From contig CATNEN010000024.1 in assembly GCA_950097015.1 (NCBI GenBank), positions 2,976,001 to 3,040,000 on the forward strand: 64,000 nucleotides of DNA, in the 5' to 3' direction. The notes beneath the pieces are model-generated. The model was given only the letters and a program-made list of their open reading frames with translations, had not been told where the DNA came from and did no database searches. The position numbers were made by a program, and so were the translations under genes. Shown in pieces: positions 49,305-63,142 of this stretch (its first letter is position 1; each line of letters begins with the position of its first letter). The DNA comes from Macrostomum hystrix. Taxonomy: Eukaryota; Animalia; Platyhelminthes.

Positions 49305-49775
49305 ATGAAGCTGGCTATTGTACTAACTTTGATGCTGTTTTGTTCGGCATCAGCGGGAAGAATGCCTCGGTTGGTTTATTCTCAGACATCGAAGCTGCTT
49401 CTGAACTGGGATGATGTCTGGGAAGCGGGGACACAAACTTCGACTGGTCTACTTACAAAAGATGAAAAAATCTTCCTTAAAGGGCAAGTCGATAGTGTGG
49501 CCAATCAATCCGATCTCAAACGCACTCTGCCCCTAAATTGTCAAAGCCATTCTTACGAACCAGTTAAGCTAGACTCACTGAAAAATTCTGCAACAGACTA
49601 CACGTGAAATAATATTAAAATTTCATTGAAACTACGGTACGAAAACAGCATTGACGAATTCGAGCTTACAATGGGGACTTCTTCAGTGCCATTCTCTGTT
49701 GTGTTTTCATCCAAGGTGATTCTGACAGCCAGGGTAGAGTATGCCAGTCGGTGGCGGAGTTCTCACGTCAAACAC
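49305..49775 (+). pseudogene. Truncated tandem paralog of the Ig membrane protein at 50686; may still encode a 100-aa secreted peptide
   Basis: Signal peptide and RMPRLVYSQTSKLLL.W.DVWEAG align to the 50686 protein; TGA at 49605-49607; homology continues to VEYA, then a 4-bp insertion shifts the frame and similarity ends near 49775. Confidence 0.85.
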
Positions 49776-50685
49776 AATATATATATAGCTATAGCTAGTC
49801 TAGAACTAGACTAGAGAACTGCTTCTGATGAACCCAAATGACTCATGTAATATAGTGTTAAAACAAATTAAAGTTTTGTTATATTTAGTCTATTTGATCA
49901 AGATCTTTGTTCTAGTTAAGTAAAAGCACAAAACCCTATAGTATCAGTATAATCATCCTTGATTCCAAACAATCATTTATACGTTAGTCTATATTTAACT
50001 AATCTGTAAGGTCAAAGCTGGCTTTATAAAAATAAGTAGCTTATTAGGTAGACTATGAATATTGTAACAGGGCTTATGACTCTACTTTTCTCTCTCTTGG
50101 TAGCGTATCTCTCGGCACAAGCGGTTTATCCTTCTAAGGCACTGGTCTCTTTTTCTCTAGTCTTTGCTGGGCGCTTTCCGTGGATCAGAGGTCACAGCCT
50201 CAAATAACCAACTCAACACTTAAACACCTTCTTACTCAGTTATAGCTTATTTGCTTTTCGCCACACTGGCACGTTGCTTTGTCTCACAGGAATTGCACTC
50301 GTTTATATACACAAAAAAGTTTTGTTAAAATGAATGAATTTGACAGAATATTTATAATATTTTATATATAAAAATATTTAGCGCATTTAAACAAAGAGCA
50401 TAGGTACGAATTTGACTTTAAAAAATGATAAAAGCATCTCTACTACAATATGACTTACTATATTGTATAATCTACTAGAATTAACTAAAGACCTAACTAA
50501 CAATAATTTCTAAACAATAGACTTTGAATATTTTTTCTATAAGATTTGTATAAACCAACAGTTCAAGAGGAAACAGCAAGCAAACAACCTGGCAGATGAA
50601 GTATACTCATATTCTATTAAAACTATTGAGTTTTTATTCAAGAATCTGTACTGTTCTGTTAAAAAATTTCAGTTGCTAATCAAAG

Positions 50686-53479
50686 ATGAAACTGATATTG
50701 CTGCTAATTTGTCTCCAGACTTGGTCAGTCTATTGTGAACGAATGCCTCGGTTTGTGTATTCTCAAGCATCAAAGTTGCTACTTGTCTGGAGTGATGTCT
50801 GGGAGGCAGGATCGCAAAACTCCATGGCACTCCTCAGTAAAGATAGCAAACTCACTCTTAGGTTGCGAGTTGATGGCATGCCTGGAGGCTCTGGTCATAA
50901 GCGAACACTGCTTGTCAGTTGTCCCACTAAAGCAACTGTAGATTCTGTTGATCTCGCCTCCCTGAAAACGAGCACCTCCACCGATCTTTGCACAAATGAT
51001 ATTCAATTTAATTTGAAATCGATGTTGACAAGTACTGACGAATTCAAGCTTACAATGGGGCCTTCTTCAGTGCCATTCTCTGGTGTGTTTTCATCCAAGG
51101 TGATTATTACAGCCAGGGTGGAGTATGCCGGTGGCGGAGTACTCACGTCAAACACTCTGTCTATTTGGAACTTGGATCCAATCAGCGATTTTCCCCAAGA
51201 TTCGTCAACACCAGCAGGATATCAGCGTCATTTTCTCACTGAGCCGTCTATCGAGCTGATGACTCGGATGAATCTCGGAACAGGTGACTTTCACAATTTT
51301 ACATTTCTGGACAACCGAATCGTGAGTGCTCTGCAATCAGCGCCAAGTTTCTTCAGGCACAAGCTCAATATGGGAGCAATTTTGTTCTTTGACCAGAGTG
51401 GCTGCTCTAGTGCCCAGAACGACAGAAGCTTCCTTTTTACGACATATGATTCTAAAATTCCGGGTTTTGGAATAGAGAGAATGAAGACAATGTTTCTTGA
51501 TAGAACCACTGGCATTCTTTGGTATGCAAGGTGCCAGTTGTACAAGTCGGTTGCTCAATTCTACAGTCAGAGGGGCAACCCTTCTCATGTTGCAATATGT
51601 TTATCCGTGTCCTTTTCTGGCGAAGTGGTGCCCTACTCAAAGAATAGCGACGTTCGAAGTAGAATTCCGAGTACAGACTTTTCCTACACAATGTGTCCCG
51701 ATCCACTGAGCTCAACGTGCACGTTGGTGCGTGGAACTAAAGAAAATGTTACCATCTACTCTGGAATGGACAGTTCCCAGTTGGTATGCCCAATCATTTG
51801 CGGTGACCCGACAACAGTGTTTACTTTTTATCGCAACGGTCAGCTACTCATACCACCTAGATCATCCGACTGGAGTGATTTCGGAACACAAGGTGTCCGG
51901 ATCTCAAGAACGTCAAACATCATCGAGTTTTCAAAAGATGTCTCGTCAATTCAGGCTGGTGAGTACAGGTGCACAGCTGGAATGACTGCAAGTGTCAGCT
52001 TTATATTCTATGTATCTGTCGTGTCCATGCCAACATTCGCAACCACTATCGGAGGCCAGAGTGGCACCTTGCCTCCGAAGGTATTTGCCATGCAAGGTGA
52101 GAGCTTGTCCTACAGTTGTGGCGTGAGTTTCTCCGGACTGAGATCTTCAGTGTCGTTGGATCCGAAATTCTATTTACCATCCGTATCTGGCGGTGTCGTG
52201 AATTGGGCCGAGCAGAATCTAGCGGCCTTTAACTTTCGTGTTAGCCATAGTGGAAGCTCAGCCGTCGGCATCAGCTATCCAGCAGCGGGATCAGGATTTC
52301 AGCTGATGAATGTTTCAATCGAAAGCGTTCCTCCGCAACAGGCTTCGTTCGGCACAAACTTTACTCACAGATTCTTGTGCAACGTCAGTGTGCCCAGTAC
52401 TGGTGCCATGGAGCTGGGCATGTCTAGCTATGCTGCCCAGACTGGTGGTGACGTTGTGTTCGTTCCTCGTCCGACGAAAGACAGCTTTGTGCTGGATCCG
52501 AGCAATGACTGTGTGACTCAAAAGTGTAACCTTGGTAACGGTGCGACATTCAAGTTTGCTCTGAGCCGGGAGTTCTCTGCATACCTGTCTTACATCGAGG
52601 TCGATGTGGAACTGTTTCTTCGCATCGACGATTTCCTGCTCACTGACATAAGGATTCTGATGAACGAAAATGTTTCTATGATCAGGTCGAACGGCACAAG
52701 CATCACGTACCAAATACTTCCCATCACTCAAGAAGATGTGCGCACTGAGCTGCAGAAGCGAAGCACCCTGACGCCCGTGTTCAACTTCCGTTACAAGAAT
52801 GCAGCCGACATGGGCAACATCAACATGTTGAAGAGTCGATATGGAGCTCCGGTCGTCGCTCTGGGTTCAAAGGACTGTCGTGCTGACCCAATGTGCTTTT
52901 ATTCGACCGACTTTGACACATCTGGCAGTCTGAGCTTCCTTTCTGTCAACCTAGACTTCAAAAGCCCCGAACCATCTTTGTCCGACGCCAGCATGAAAAT
53001 GATGATAGCTGTGATTGTCGTTTGTGTTTTAGTAATACTTTTGCTACTGCCTCTTGTGGTATATTTCGCGAACAGACCTCCGGCAAAGATGTACCACCTG
53101 GAGGAGAAGGAGCTCGAGCAGGGGCACAATCCGAACGCTGAAGCCCAGCAGGAGGAGTTCAAGGAGTACGTTCGCCAGTCGGGGCGGGCCTCATACCCTG
53201 AGCCGGTCGGTGATCGTGACATGCCAACAGCCTACGACAGCACTAGCCTCTTGTTCGGTGAGATTTTAATACAAATCAGTTATTTTTGCTAAATGGGTAT
53301 GAAAAGGGAATTCACAATGCCTCAGTGTCCTTAACAATGAAAATCTTGCTTGTGGTGCTTTTTCTTTTTAGTTCCTTTAGAAATCGAAGTAGCGTAAGAA
53401 AATATTCAGGTTTTTAAGTACTCTAATTGTTTTTACAGAAAGCCCTACGACTGTGGACGTACATGGCGCTGATCAGTAG
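50686..53479 (+). CDS. Type I single-pass membrane protein with Ig-like domains and an L1CAM/neuroglian-like juxtamembrane tail
   Basis: Exon 50686-53257 plus a phase-1 terminal exon 53439-53479. Signal peptide, Ig motif (C..FYRNG..AGEYRCTA), TM MMIAVIVVCVLVILLLLPLVVYFA, tail MYHLEEKELEQG..EEFKEY. Confidence 0.85.
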
Positions 53480-55469
53480 TTTTTCGCAGGTCAACAGAAG
53501 TGTGTGACATAAAAAGTTTCACTTTTCCTTTCCAAGGAATGGGAATTCAGGGTGAAGGACGCTTAATGTTCAGCTGCATGTGTCTTAGGTTCATTATGCT
53601 GGATTCATGATTTCTACGATATTCCAGAAAACCAAATATTCCAATATATTAATCTCGGAGATATCACTTTATATTGCGGTTGAAATGCGCATTTTACTCA
53701 ATATTGTGCGAATCAACTCCTTGCACGCAAAACAAGCATCAACTACTATTGGTAGCCGATTTTCCTTGCTCTTATTTTCTTAGACTCAGCTCTTTTCATA
53801 AGTATTATATATATATATTTATGTCGCGTTTTCAAATATTTTCTGATACTCCGGTAAAGTTTCGCGATATATGGTAACACAACCTCCGCGGTCGTGATCG
53901 GAAGCTCTGTTTTTACGTATCCTTTCGATGAGGTTCGATTTCTTCATCTTGCGAGGTAGATATGCATCAACACTGAATATATTTTTATGTGTTGAAATCG
54001 AAGTATATTTAATCAATGCTTTTACGATGATATTCGTTGCAATTACTAACTTCAGTAGTTTATCATAAGAAACTTTTATTCAGGACACGAAGCCTTACAT
54101 TTTGGACACGGCCAGCCATATTCAATTAATGCTTCGACAATTGTCAATTGCCAAAGCCGTGTTCGTGGAACAATGAACTACAAGCAATTACAATCAGGCT
54201 TTAAACTCAAGACATAATTCAAAAACTGACAGTCTTTGGCCCCATGCTTTGGTTCATTGTTCAACGTCTTAAATTATATGGCTGTGTCGGTGCCTAAACG
54301 GTGTTTTGACCATTAGACGAAAGTAGGAGCGTTGGTTAAATATAATTGGCAAGTGTCTTAAAGTTTGCGCTCGAACTCTTAAAGAAAATGTAAAATGATA
54401 CATTGAATCCACAGGAATTTGTTGGTTCAAGATAAATACCGTCGGATGCGTTTATTGTCGCTGTCTCATCTAAAATGTAGCTTGACGAATATTTTCCGCC
54501 TAGATCTGGTTGGTCCTTGTTTATATAATCACTGTTCACTACCTAGAAGCATGTTTCATATCCATGTTAAACATCCAATATGTTAACAAGTGATGCTGAT
54601 AAACAAGATCTTTTTCAATAATTTTATTCCGACTGAAAGAATTGATTAAAAATGCAGTCACTTTCTTCATTTGCAGAATTCTGAGCGTTGCATAACGACG
54701 TTTTTCTACTTCGAAGCTAAACTTGTAGAGCTTGTGTTTTAGCAAACGAGCGATAAACAAAACGAAATGTTTAGATCTTAAATTTCTGGATTTGATTCGC
54801 CCGTTTAAAATCTGCAACCATTTAAAGTCTGAAAACGTGCATTTTTGTGGCGCAAGGCGTCGCACATCATAAAGTGATGAACGAACGTGCATCGGGCAAG
54901 GAAAGAGCGGAGCGAAGCGACATAATTAGTGTCCTTAAGGAAATCGCTTAACTCTGAAGTGCTTATGTTTCTGCCAGCTGCAGAATGGGTTTCAGCACTA
55001 ACTAGGGAGCGAATATAAAATGGGTTTGGTGGCCTCCCCAGTCCACGGACTGAACAGCTGTGCGCAGCCTGTTCAAGGCCCTTGTAGTTGCTGCGGCTGT
55101 GCCATTGGCTGTACATTTGGTCCAACTGAGCTATGTGTCCTTCCTTTTCTAGTCTATCTCAATCCCAATGACTACTGGAGTAATAAGGATGGGAATCTAG
55201 CTTTCTTATAAAGTATTTAGGAGCCGGTTTTCGCCGAAAACTACACTACGGAGAAAGGAAATGTGCACCTTTTACAGAATCTAGCTAATTAATATGCCGA
55301 TTAAAATGCTATTGAAAAATCAAAGCGTCAAGTATTTTATTTCATCAATAAACTTTTTTGGCAAAAAGTACTTCAATGTTTAGCATTTTATTAAAAATGC
55401 AGACACGTTGCGAACCTTATAATTAAAATATCGGGCGAAACCGAAGCAACAAAAAGAGAAAAGCTCACT

Positions 55470-56225
55470 CACGAATGTGGAAACTGGGCAAGCGGCTCCT
55501 TGGAATAGACCACTGAGGTGATCATGATCCCAGTGTTTCTAGAAAACTGCCTTCCGCAATAGCAGCAATCTACGTCGGCTTCTCGAAACAGCTTACTAGC
55601 TTCATCAGTCTTGATGGCTGCTTGCCTACTGAACTCCGTGTTCCAGCCGTAGATTTCTCGAGCGAGCTGCTCCAGCGACTGCAGGAACTCGGCAATGCAC
55701 TTGCTGGTATCATTGCTGACAAACGTGCATCAGCTCCTCGAGGTGCTAATCCTGTCCTGCCTTCTCTGCGAACCACAATGTAGCCTGCAGCAACGGAAAC
55801 ATGCTTGGTAACCTTCTTTGTAGCTGAACGAGCAGGCGGATCGTCTTGACCTAGGGGTACATTCAGTGCTTCAAAGTCTGCATAAAAAACGAAGGCAGGA
55901 CTTATTGTTTTTTCCCAGGAGGAAAATTGAAGCAAATTGTGCTCTATATCTGGCAACTCTTTGTTTACGGTTATCACTCCAGGTTGACAGGTAGCTCGGC
56001 AGTGCTCTTCAACGGCTGAGTCACTGTGAAACGGCATCAAGCAGCGCTCACACCACTTACGCTGATGCAGTTCCACATACGCTGATGCAGGTGCCTGTTG
56101 ATGCTTGAGACAGCACACCAATGACCCAAGGCCTCATCATCATCCTCTGATGACGGAATGAACAAGTGCAAAGTCGGTGCAATCAGCTGCGAAGCCGGCT
56201 GGGCTTTCCTTCTCTTCCAATACAC
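55470..56225 (-). mobile_element. Frameshifted Polinton/Maverick-type protein-primed DNA polymerase B N-terminal relic (Zn finger, ExoI, EndoVII)
   Basis: Across at least 3 frameshifts: LHLF..GHWCAVSSINRHL, WCERCLMPF..H..C, LLQFSSWEKT..FVFYADFEAL, CIAEFL, CCYCGRQF, WDHDHLSGLFQGAAC. Confidence 0.7.
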
Positions 56226-56234
56226 TTAACTTCC

Positions 56235-56325
56235 CAAGCTGATGGCTTTTCGGGCCGCAGGGACCCAAAATCGTGCAGTAACAGCTGCGAGCACGTGATT
56301 TATACCGGCAAGATGCACCTTTTCG
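56235..56325 (-). mobile_element. LTR retrotransposon (Bel/Pao-like) integrase zinc-binding fragment
   Basis: HHEKVHLAGINHVLAAVTARFWVPAARKAI fits the H-x-H-G..L..LR..FWI..R pattern. Confidence 0.55.
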
Positions 56326-56329
56326 TGAT

Positions 56330-56760
56330 GGGGTGAGTGTGACAAGTGTTATGGAGTGGGGTGGGTGTGTTAAGTGTCGAGAAGTGGGGTGAGTGTGACA
56401 AGTGTCATGGAGTGGGGTGGGTGTGTTAAGTGTCGAGAAGTGGGGTGAGTGTGACAAGTGTTATGGAGTGGGGTGGGTGTGTTAAGTGTCGAGAAGTGGG
56501 GTGAGTGTGACAAGTGTCATGGAGTGGGGTGGGTGTGTTAAGTGTCGTGAAGTGGGGTGAGTGTGACAAGTGTCATGGAGTGGGGTGGGTGTGTTAAGTG
56601 TCGAGAAGTGGGGTGAGTGTGATAAGTGTCATGGAGTGGGGTGGGGATGTTTCGAGAAGTCTCGAGAAGTGGACTGAGTGTGATAAGTGTCATGGAGTGG
56701 GGTGGGTGTTTTATTTGTCATGGAGTGGGGTGGGGTGCTATGTCTCAAGAAGTGGTGGGG
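56330..56760. repeat. About 56-bp G-rich minisatellite
   Basis: gagtggggtgggtgtgttaagtgtcgagaagtggggtgagtgtgacaagtgtcatg repeated. Confidence 0.93.
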
Positions 56761-57244
56761 TGGGTATATCAATTTAAACGCGTGGGTGGTTTCGGGTCAT
56801 ATCTCTTGGGATAAAAAAATGTATAGACACCCGATTGTTGTAAAACAAGAAGTAATTAGGCTGAATTAGATTTTTAGGCAAAAGCTAGTGGAGATGTAAA
56901 GCGTAAACAATTCGTCCGAAAAATTTTATATAGTGGCCAATTGGAAATACGATATAATGTCAGCAACTTTGCCATTCCGATTCGAGTATTTAAAAGATTT
57001 ATTTATTTTCTTAAAGGTCAGAAAAAAAGAAAAAAAAGCTGTGAAAAAAATCGCAAAGCAAAGTACCGTACGTAAAGCGGAGAAGAAAAATGTCGATAGA
57101 AATATAAAAGAAAAGAGAAAACTGACAAGAAAAATTTACGCAAAATATTGACCATGCATAAATATAAGCCAATTATTGTGCAACAGTTGACTAGACAGTA
57201 TTGCAAGCTTTGCACTCTTTGGAAACTATGTTCGTGAAAGGAGA

Positions 57245-57975
57245 GTGATTAGGTTAGTTGTCACGGAGTGGGTGGGTGTCAAGGAGTGGGTGGGTGTCCA
57301 TCGTTCGAGTGGGTATCAAAAGAGTTGGTGGGTGTCAAGGAGTGGTTGGGTATCAAGTAGTGGGGTGTGTGTCAAGGTGTGGGGTGGGTGTCAAGGAGTG
57401 GTTGGGTATCAAGGAGTGGGGTGGGTGTCAAGGAGTGGGGTGGGTGTCAAGGAATGGGTAGGTATCAAGGAGTGGGGTGTGTGTCAAGGTGTGGGGTGGT
57501 TGTCAAGGAGTGGGTGGGTGTCAAGGAGTGGGTAGGTATCAATGAGTGGGGTGGGTGTCAAGGAGTGGGTGGATGTCAAGGAGTGGTTGGGTATCAAGGA
57601 GTGGGATGTGTGTCAAGGTGTGGGGTGGATGTCAAGGAGTGGGTGGGTGTCAAGGAGTGGGGTGGGTGTCAAGGAATGGGTAGGTATCAAGGAGTGGGTG
57701 TGTCAAGGTGTGGGGTGGGTGTCAAGGAGTGGGTGGGTGTCAAGGAGTGGGTGTGTGTCAAGGTGTGGGGTGTTTGTCAAGGAGTGGGTGGGTGTCAAGG
57801 AGTGGGGTGTGTATCTAGGTGTGGGGTGGGTGTCAAGGAGTGGCTGGATAACAAGGAGTGGGGTGGGTGTCAAGGTGTGGGGTGGGTGTCAAGGAGTGGG
57901 GAGGTATCCAGGAGTGGGGTGGGTGTCAATGGGGTTGGTGTTAAGGAGTGTTTTGGGTGGTTGTCAAGGGATGGG
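57245..57975. repeat. About 19-bp G-rich minisatellite gtcaaggagtggggtgggt
   Basis: About 38 degenerate units; same core as the 45195 array. Confidence 0.93.
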
Positions 57976-59144
57976 TGAAAGTCTAATGTACGGCCTACTT
58001 TAGGAGATTCCGTGAGTGTGTGCTGTGCTCGTTCACATAAAATATCTAGTTTAAACAACAATATTTGCAAGGTAATACAGACAGAAAAGACTCTGATTTT
58101 CGTATAATAATAATAGTCTGGTGGACAGAAGTTAATTAGTGAATAGGCAAAATGAAGCAGGCAAACTGACTAGACACTCCGCGTGTCAGAAAAATCCAGG
58201 ACATAGAAATATTATCCTATTGCAGTATTTAGTGCAAACAAGCACAATAAAAATTAAAATATGGCTATAGAGAAGTGGCAGACAATAGGTCAACATAGGC
58301 AATCACGAAGGAAATTCTTTTAAACAAAAAATTAGAAAAATATAAAACATTGAATAGAAAAAACGCTCACTTGCCTACTTAACTGTTCAGGAAAAGATAT
58401 GCTAATCCATTTTTATTTGTACAGCAAGCAGCATATAGTTATTTTATTTCAGAGAGAATTCTTTATGTCTTAGCTGGATTATTGAGGTTAAAAGAAGCAT
58501 TTCTGCAGAACAAGAGTGTGAAATATTATTTAATATTAATATAAATAAAAAAATGATTTTATTTTCTTTCATGTGACAACGGAACATGATCTAAAAGCTT
58601 TGATAAAAAATTCTCAGTTCCAAATAAATAGACCATAGAATTAGGAAAGTGGCATGAGTAAATAAGTTTGACAGTAGCTAATATATATATATATATTGAT
58701 ATATGTGATATAAAATACGATTGCTTATTTAATCGTTAAAAAATTGTACTATTCTGAGCCGGGAATGTGTTGTCTATGGTAATTTTTGGTGAGATCATTT
58801 GACAAAAACTAGGATATTATATCATACGAGTATAATCTCCTCGAAATAAGGAGCATTATATGGAACATTGAAGTGAACTTTGAATTCGGTTTTTACGTTT
58901 TGCCACCACTGAGACTGACTGGCTGCTTCGTGACTGTATCTTCGTGAGAAATTTATTTTTTTTGTCTATGGTCGAAATCAAATGGTCTAAACCTATATGT
59001 CTGTCAATCAAATGGGATGCCCCCGAAAAATAAGCAATCGAATTTCATATATGATAAACGCCGTTTAATTCATCATAGTCTATGGTTAGAATGTCCGAGG
59101 CTGCGTTTAATGGTCTCGAGGCGAGCGTGAGGTGGGTATTTGAT

Positions 59145-59320
59145 GGCTATGGAGTGAGGTGGGTGTTGTGGCCTATGGAGTGAGGTGGGTGTTTGATGGC
59201 AATGGAGTGAGGTGGGTGTTGTGGCCAATGGAGTGAGGTGGGCATTTGATGGCTATGGAGTGAGGTGGGTGTTGTGGCCTATGGAGTGAGGTGGGTGTTT
59301 GATGGCTATGGAGTGAGTTG
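59145..59320. repeat. G-rich array ggagtgaggtgggtgtt..ctat
   Basis: About 6 units. Confidence 0.85.
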
Positions 59321-59680
59321 TGTGTTGATCGCTTATGTCAAGGGTTGCGGTGTGAGGTGGGGTGAGATCGTTACTAGAAATCGAGGTTGTAAGTTAATTA
59401 GCTAAGAATGACGTGGTTATTTAAAACACGGGAGTGTATTGAAGAAAAGACGAAAGATGTAAAATAATACTACCAATTTTTTTACGCACTCTAAATGAAA
59501 AGACAGCTCAAAGTGGTTTTATTCAATTGTTTTTCTGGTGAAATAAATTATCTTGCTAATTCTATAATTAGCATTAACTCAACACAGCTCGTAAATTAAA
59601 AAAGCTGTAAAAGCCTAAAACATTCCAAGAATACTACCTCCCATCTCATTTCCTCTACTGAAGGTCATCGTGACTGGTGT

Positions 59681-61140
<1,460 letters not shown>

Positions 61141-61395
61141 CTATGACATCTAAATAGAATCAGAATGAGCTGGCGAAGAAATTTTAGTCACTTCATTAGC
61201 TCTCCCGTCCATGGACTTGAATAGCTTTACACAGCGTTAAGAATGTATCAGTGGATCTTCGTACAACTTTTGCTTATGGAAAACCTCAAAAGTGGCAGTC
61301 ATCCACTACCATGCTTGCATGCATGCTTCTCTCTCTTTTACTCAGAATCAGCGCATCTCTTCAGCTCTGTTTGAATAGCCACAATAGTAATAATA

Positions 61396-62425
61396 ATGGA
61401 CATGCCTAAAAACGAATGACGAGCAATTCTGCTCAACCAATTTCACGCTGGAAGAAATGCAGCCGAGGCACATCGCGAGCTATTAAGTCTGATGGCTCAT
61501 CATGCACCGTAAGTCTACGGTGTACGAATGGTTCGCTCGCTTTGCAGAGGAGGACTGGAACCTGTCCGACAAACCAAGGTCAGGTCGACCCCCCACTGCC
61601 GATCAAAGTGCCGTTCTCCATGCCCTAGAGGACAACCCGGAGTACAGTGTGCGCAAGTTGTCGGCCACAACTGGAGTGCCCTACAGCACAGTTCGACGGA
61701 GCCTGCATGATGCAGGTAAGGTTCCGAAGAAGCCGACTCTGGTACCCAACGAGCTGACCCCCCAGCAGATGGGTACTCGGGTCGAGATGGCAACTTCGAA
61801 CCTCCTCCAGGCCCACTCGCCATATTTCCTAAAGTCCATCATTGCGCAGGATGAGAAGTGGGTCTCATATGAAAATCCTATCGCATCGGCGGTCTGGGTG
61901 AATGCTGATGAAGAGCCACCAATCTGCTCCAGGCGAGACCCCCACTGTGGGAAGGAGCTCTTGTCCTTCTGGTTCTGCTCATCGGGCCCCATCTTCTGGG
62001 AGCTCATCCCGCATGGTGTGGCTGTCACTGTCATCTGCGAAGAACTGGAGCAAGTTGCCCACCGGCTGCGATCCGTGTGCCCAGGGCACCGGGACAAAGT
62101 TCTTCTGTTTGACAATGCCCGACCACACAAGGCTAGAATCACCAAAGCCAAACTCGCGAGCCTCGGCTTCAGCGTTTTGCCTCACCCACCTTACTCGCCG
62201 GAACTCTCGCCATGTGACTACCATGTGTTCGGATCCCTCCAGAACTTCTGTGATGGTCAGCGGTTTGCGAACAAGCAGCATGTGGAGTTAGCAGTGCAGG
62301 AATGGATCGACTCTAGGCCAAGGAGCTTCTGTAACTATGTTACATCGTTTTAATCTGTTGACTTTGAATTCGAAAGTTGACTATGTTGATGCAATGAAAT
62401 TCCGGAAACTTTTGGCTCACCCATA
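61396..62425 (+). mobile_element. Mariner (DD34D) transposon, inactivated, in a PKC intron on the opposite strand
   Basis: ATG at 61396, TGA at 61417, frameshift near 61505. HTH (KSTVYEWFARF), LVPNEL, AQDEKW, FDNARPH, HPPYSPELSPCDY; 34 residues between the 2nd and 3rd Asp. C-terminus truncated; probable right TIR ..ttttggctcacccaTA at 62401-62425; left TIR not found. Confidence 0.9.
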
Positions 62426-63074
62426 GATAAAATTTTCCGACCTCCATGATGAACAACTAACTTTCAATGCCATTCGAGTCAGCATCGTCGAGTTTTTTAA
62501 ACACCCCCCTGCTCTTTCTACTGCTCAGTGCTAGCAGCAGTCACCTGCTTTTTAGCACACTCCTTTTAATCATCCTGGCCTCTAAATTAGGTTTATCGCA
62601 AATACCTTATCACTTCTCTCCCTCTCCTCTCTTTCTCGACCTCATCTTAATCCGCTTCACCTTCCGTTCAAAGCCACCCAATTCCCAATAATCTTCCCCT
62701 CGACCCGCCCCTCAGTGATCCGACCTTCTAGATCGATTCCCGCCCCCAATGCTTCCAAGGTCCGCAAATACTTTATCTCATCTGTGACCCGCCTAGAAAC
62801 ATTATAAATATATATACAAGTGTATATAGGAAAAATTCCAGCAGTTCCATTCGACAGCTGAAATTGGAGGCTGAGCCAAATGCTCCGACTCTTCTCAGTT
62901 CATAAGCAGCCGGGACATGGAAGGGGGCAATGAGTGAATAATTTACAACTGCCAGAAGGACTCACTCTTGTCTCCCCTTGGCAACAACCCCCCCCAATGT
63001 CCCTGGAGTGATCTCCATCACAGAAGCTCGTGTGGGACCTCGAGGGCAGCGTCGCTTCATGCAGAGTAAAATTC

Positions 63075-63107
63075 GATTAATTAAATCGACCAGGAGCAGC
63101 AACAGCA

Positions 63108-63142
<35 letters not shown>
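63075..63142. repeat. (CAG)n microsatellite, apparently non-coding
   Basis: About 20 CAG/CAA units. Confidence 0.9.
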
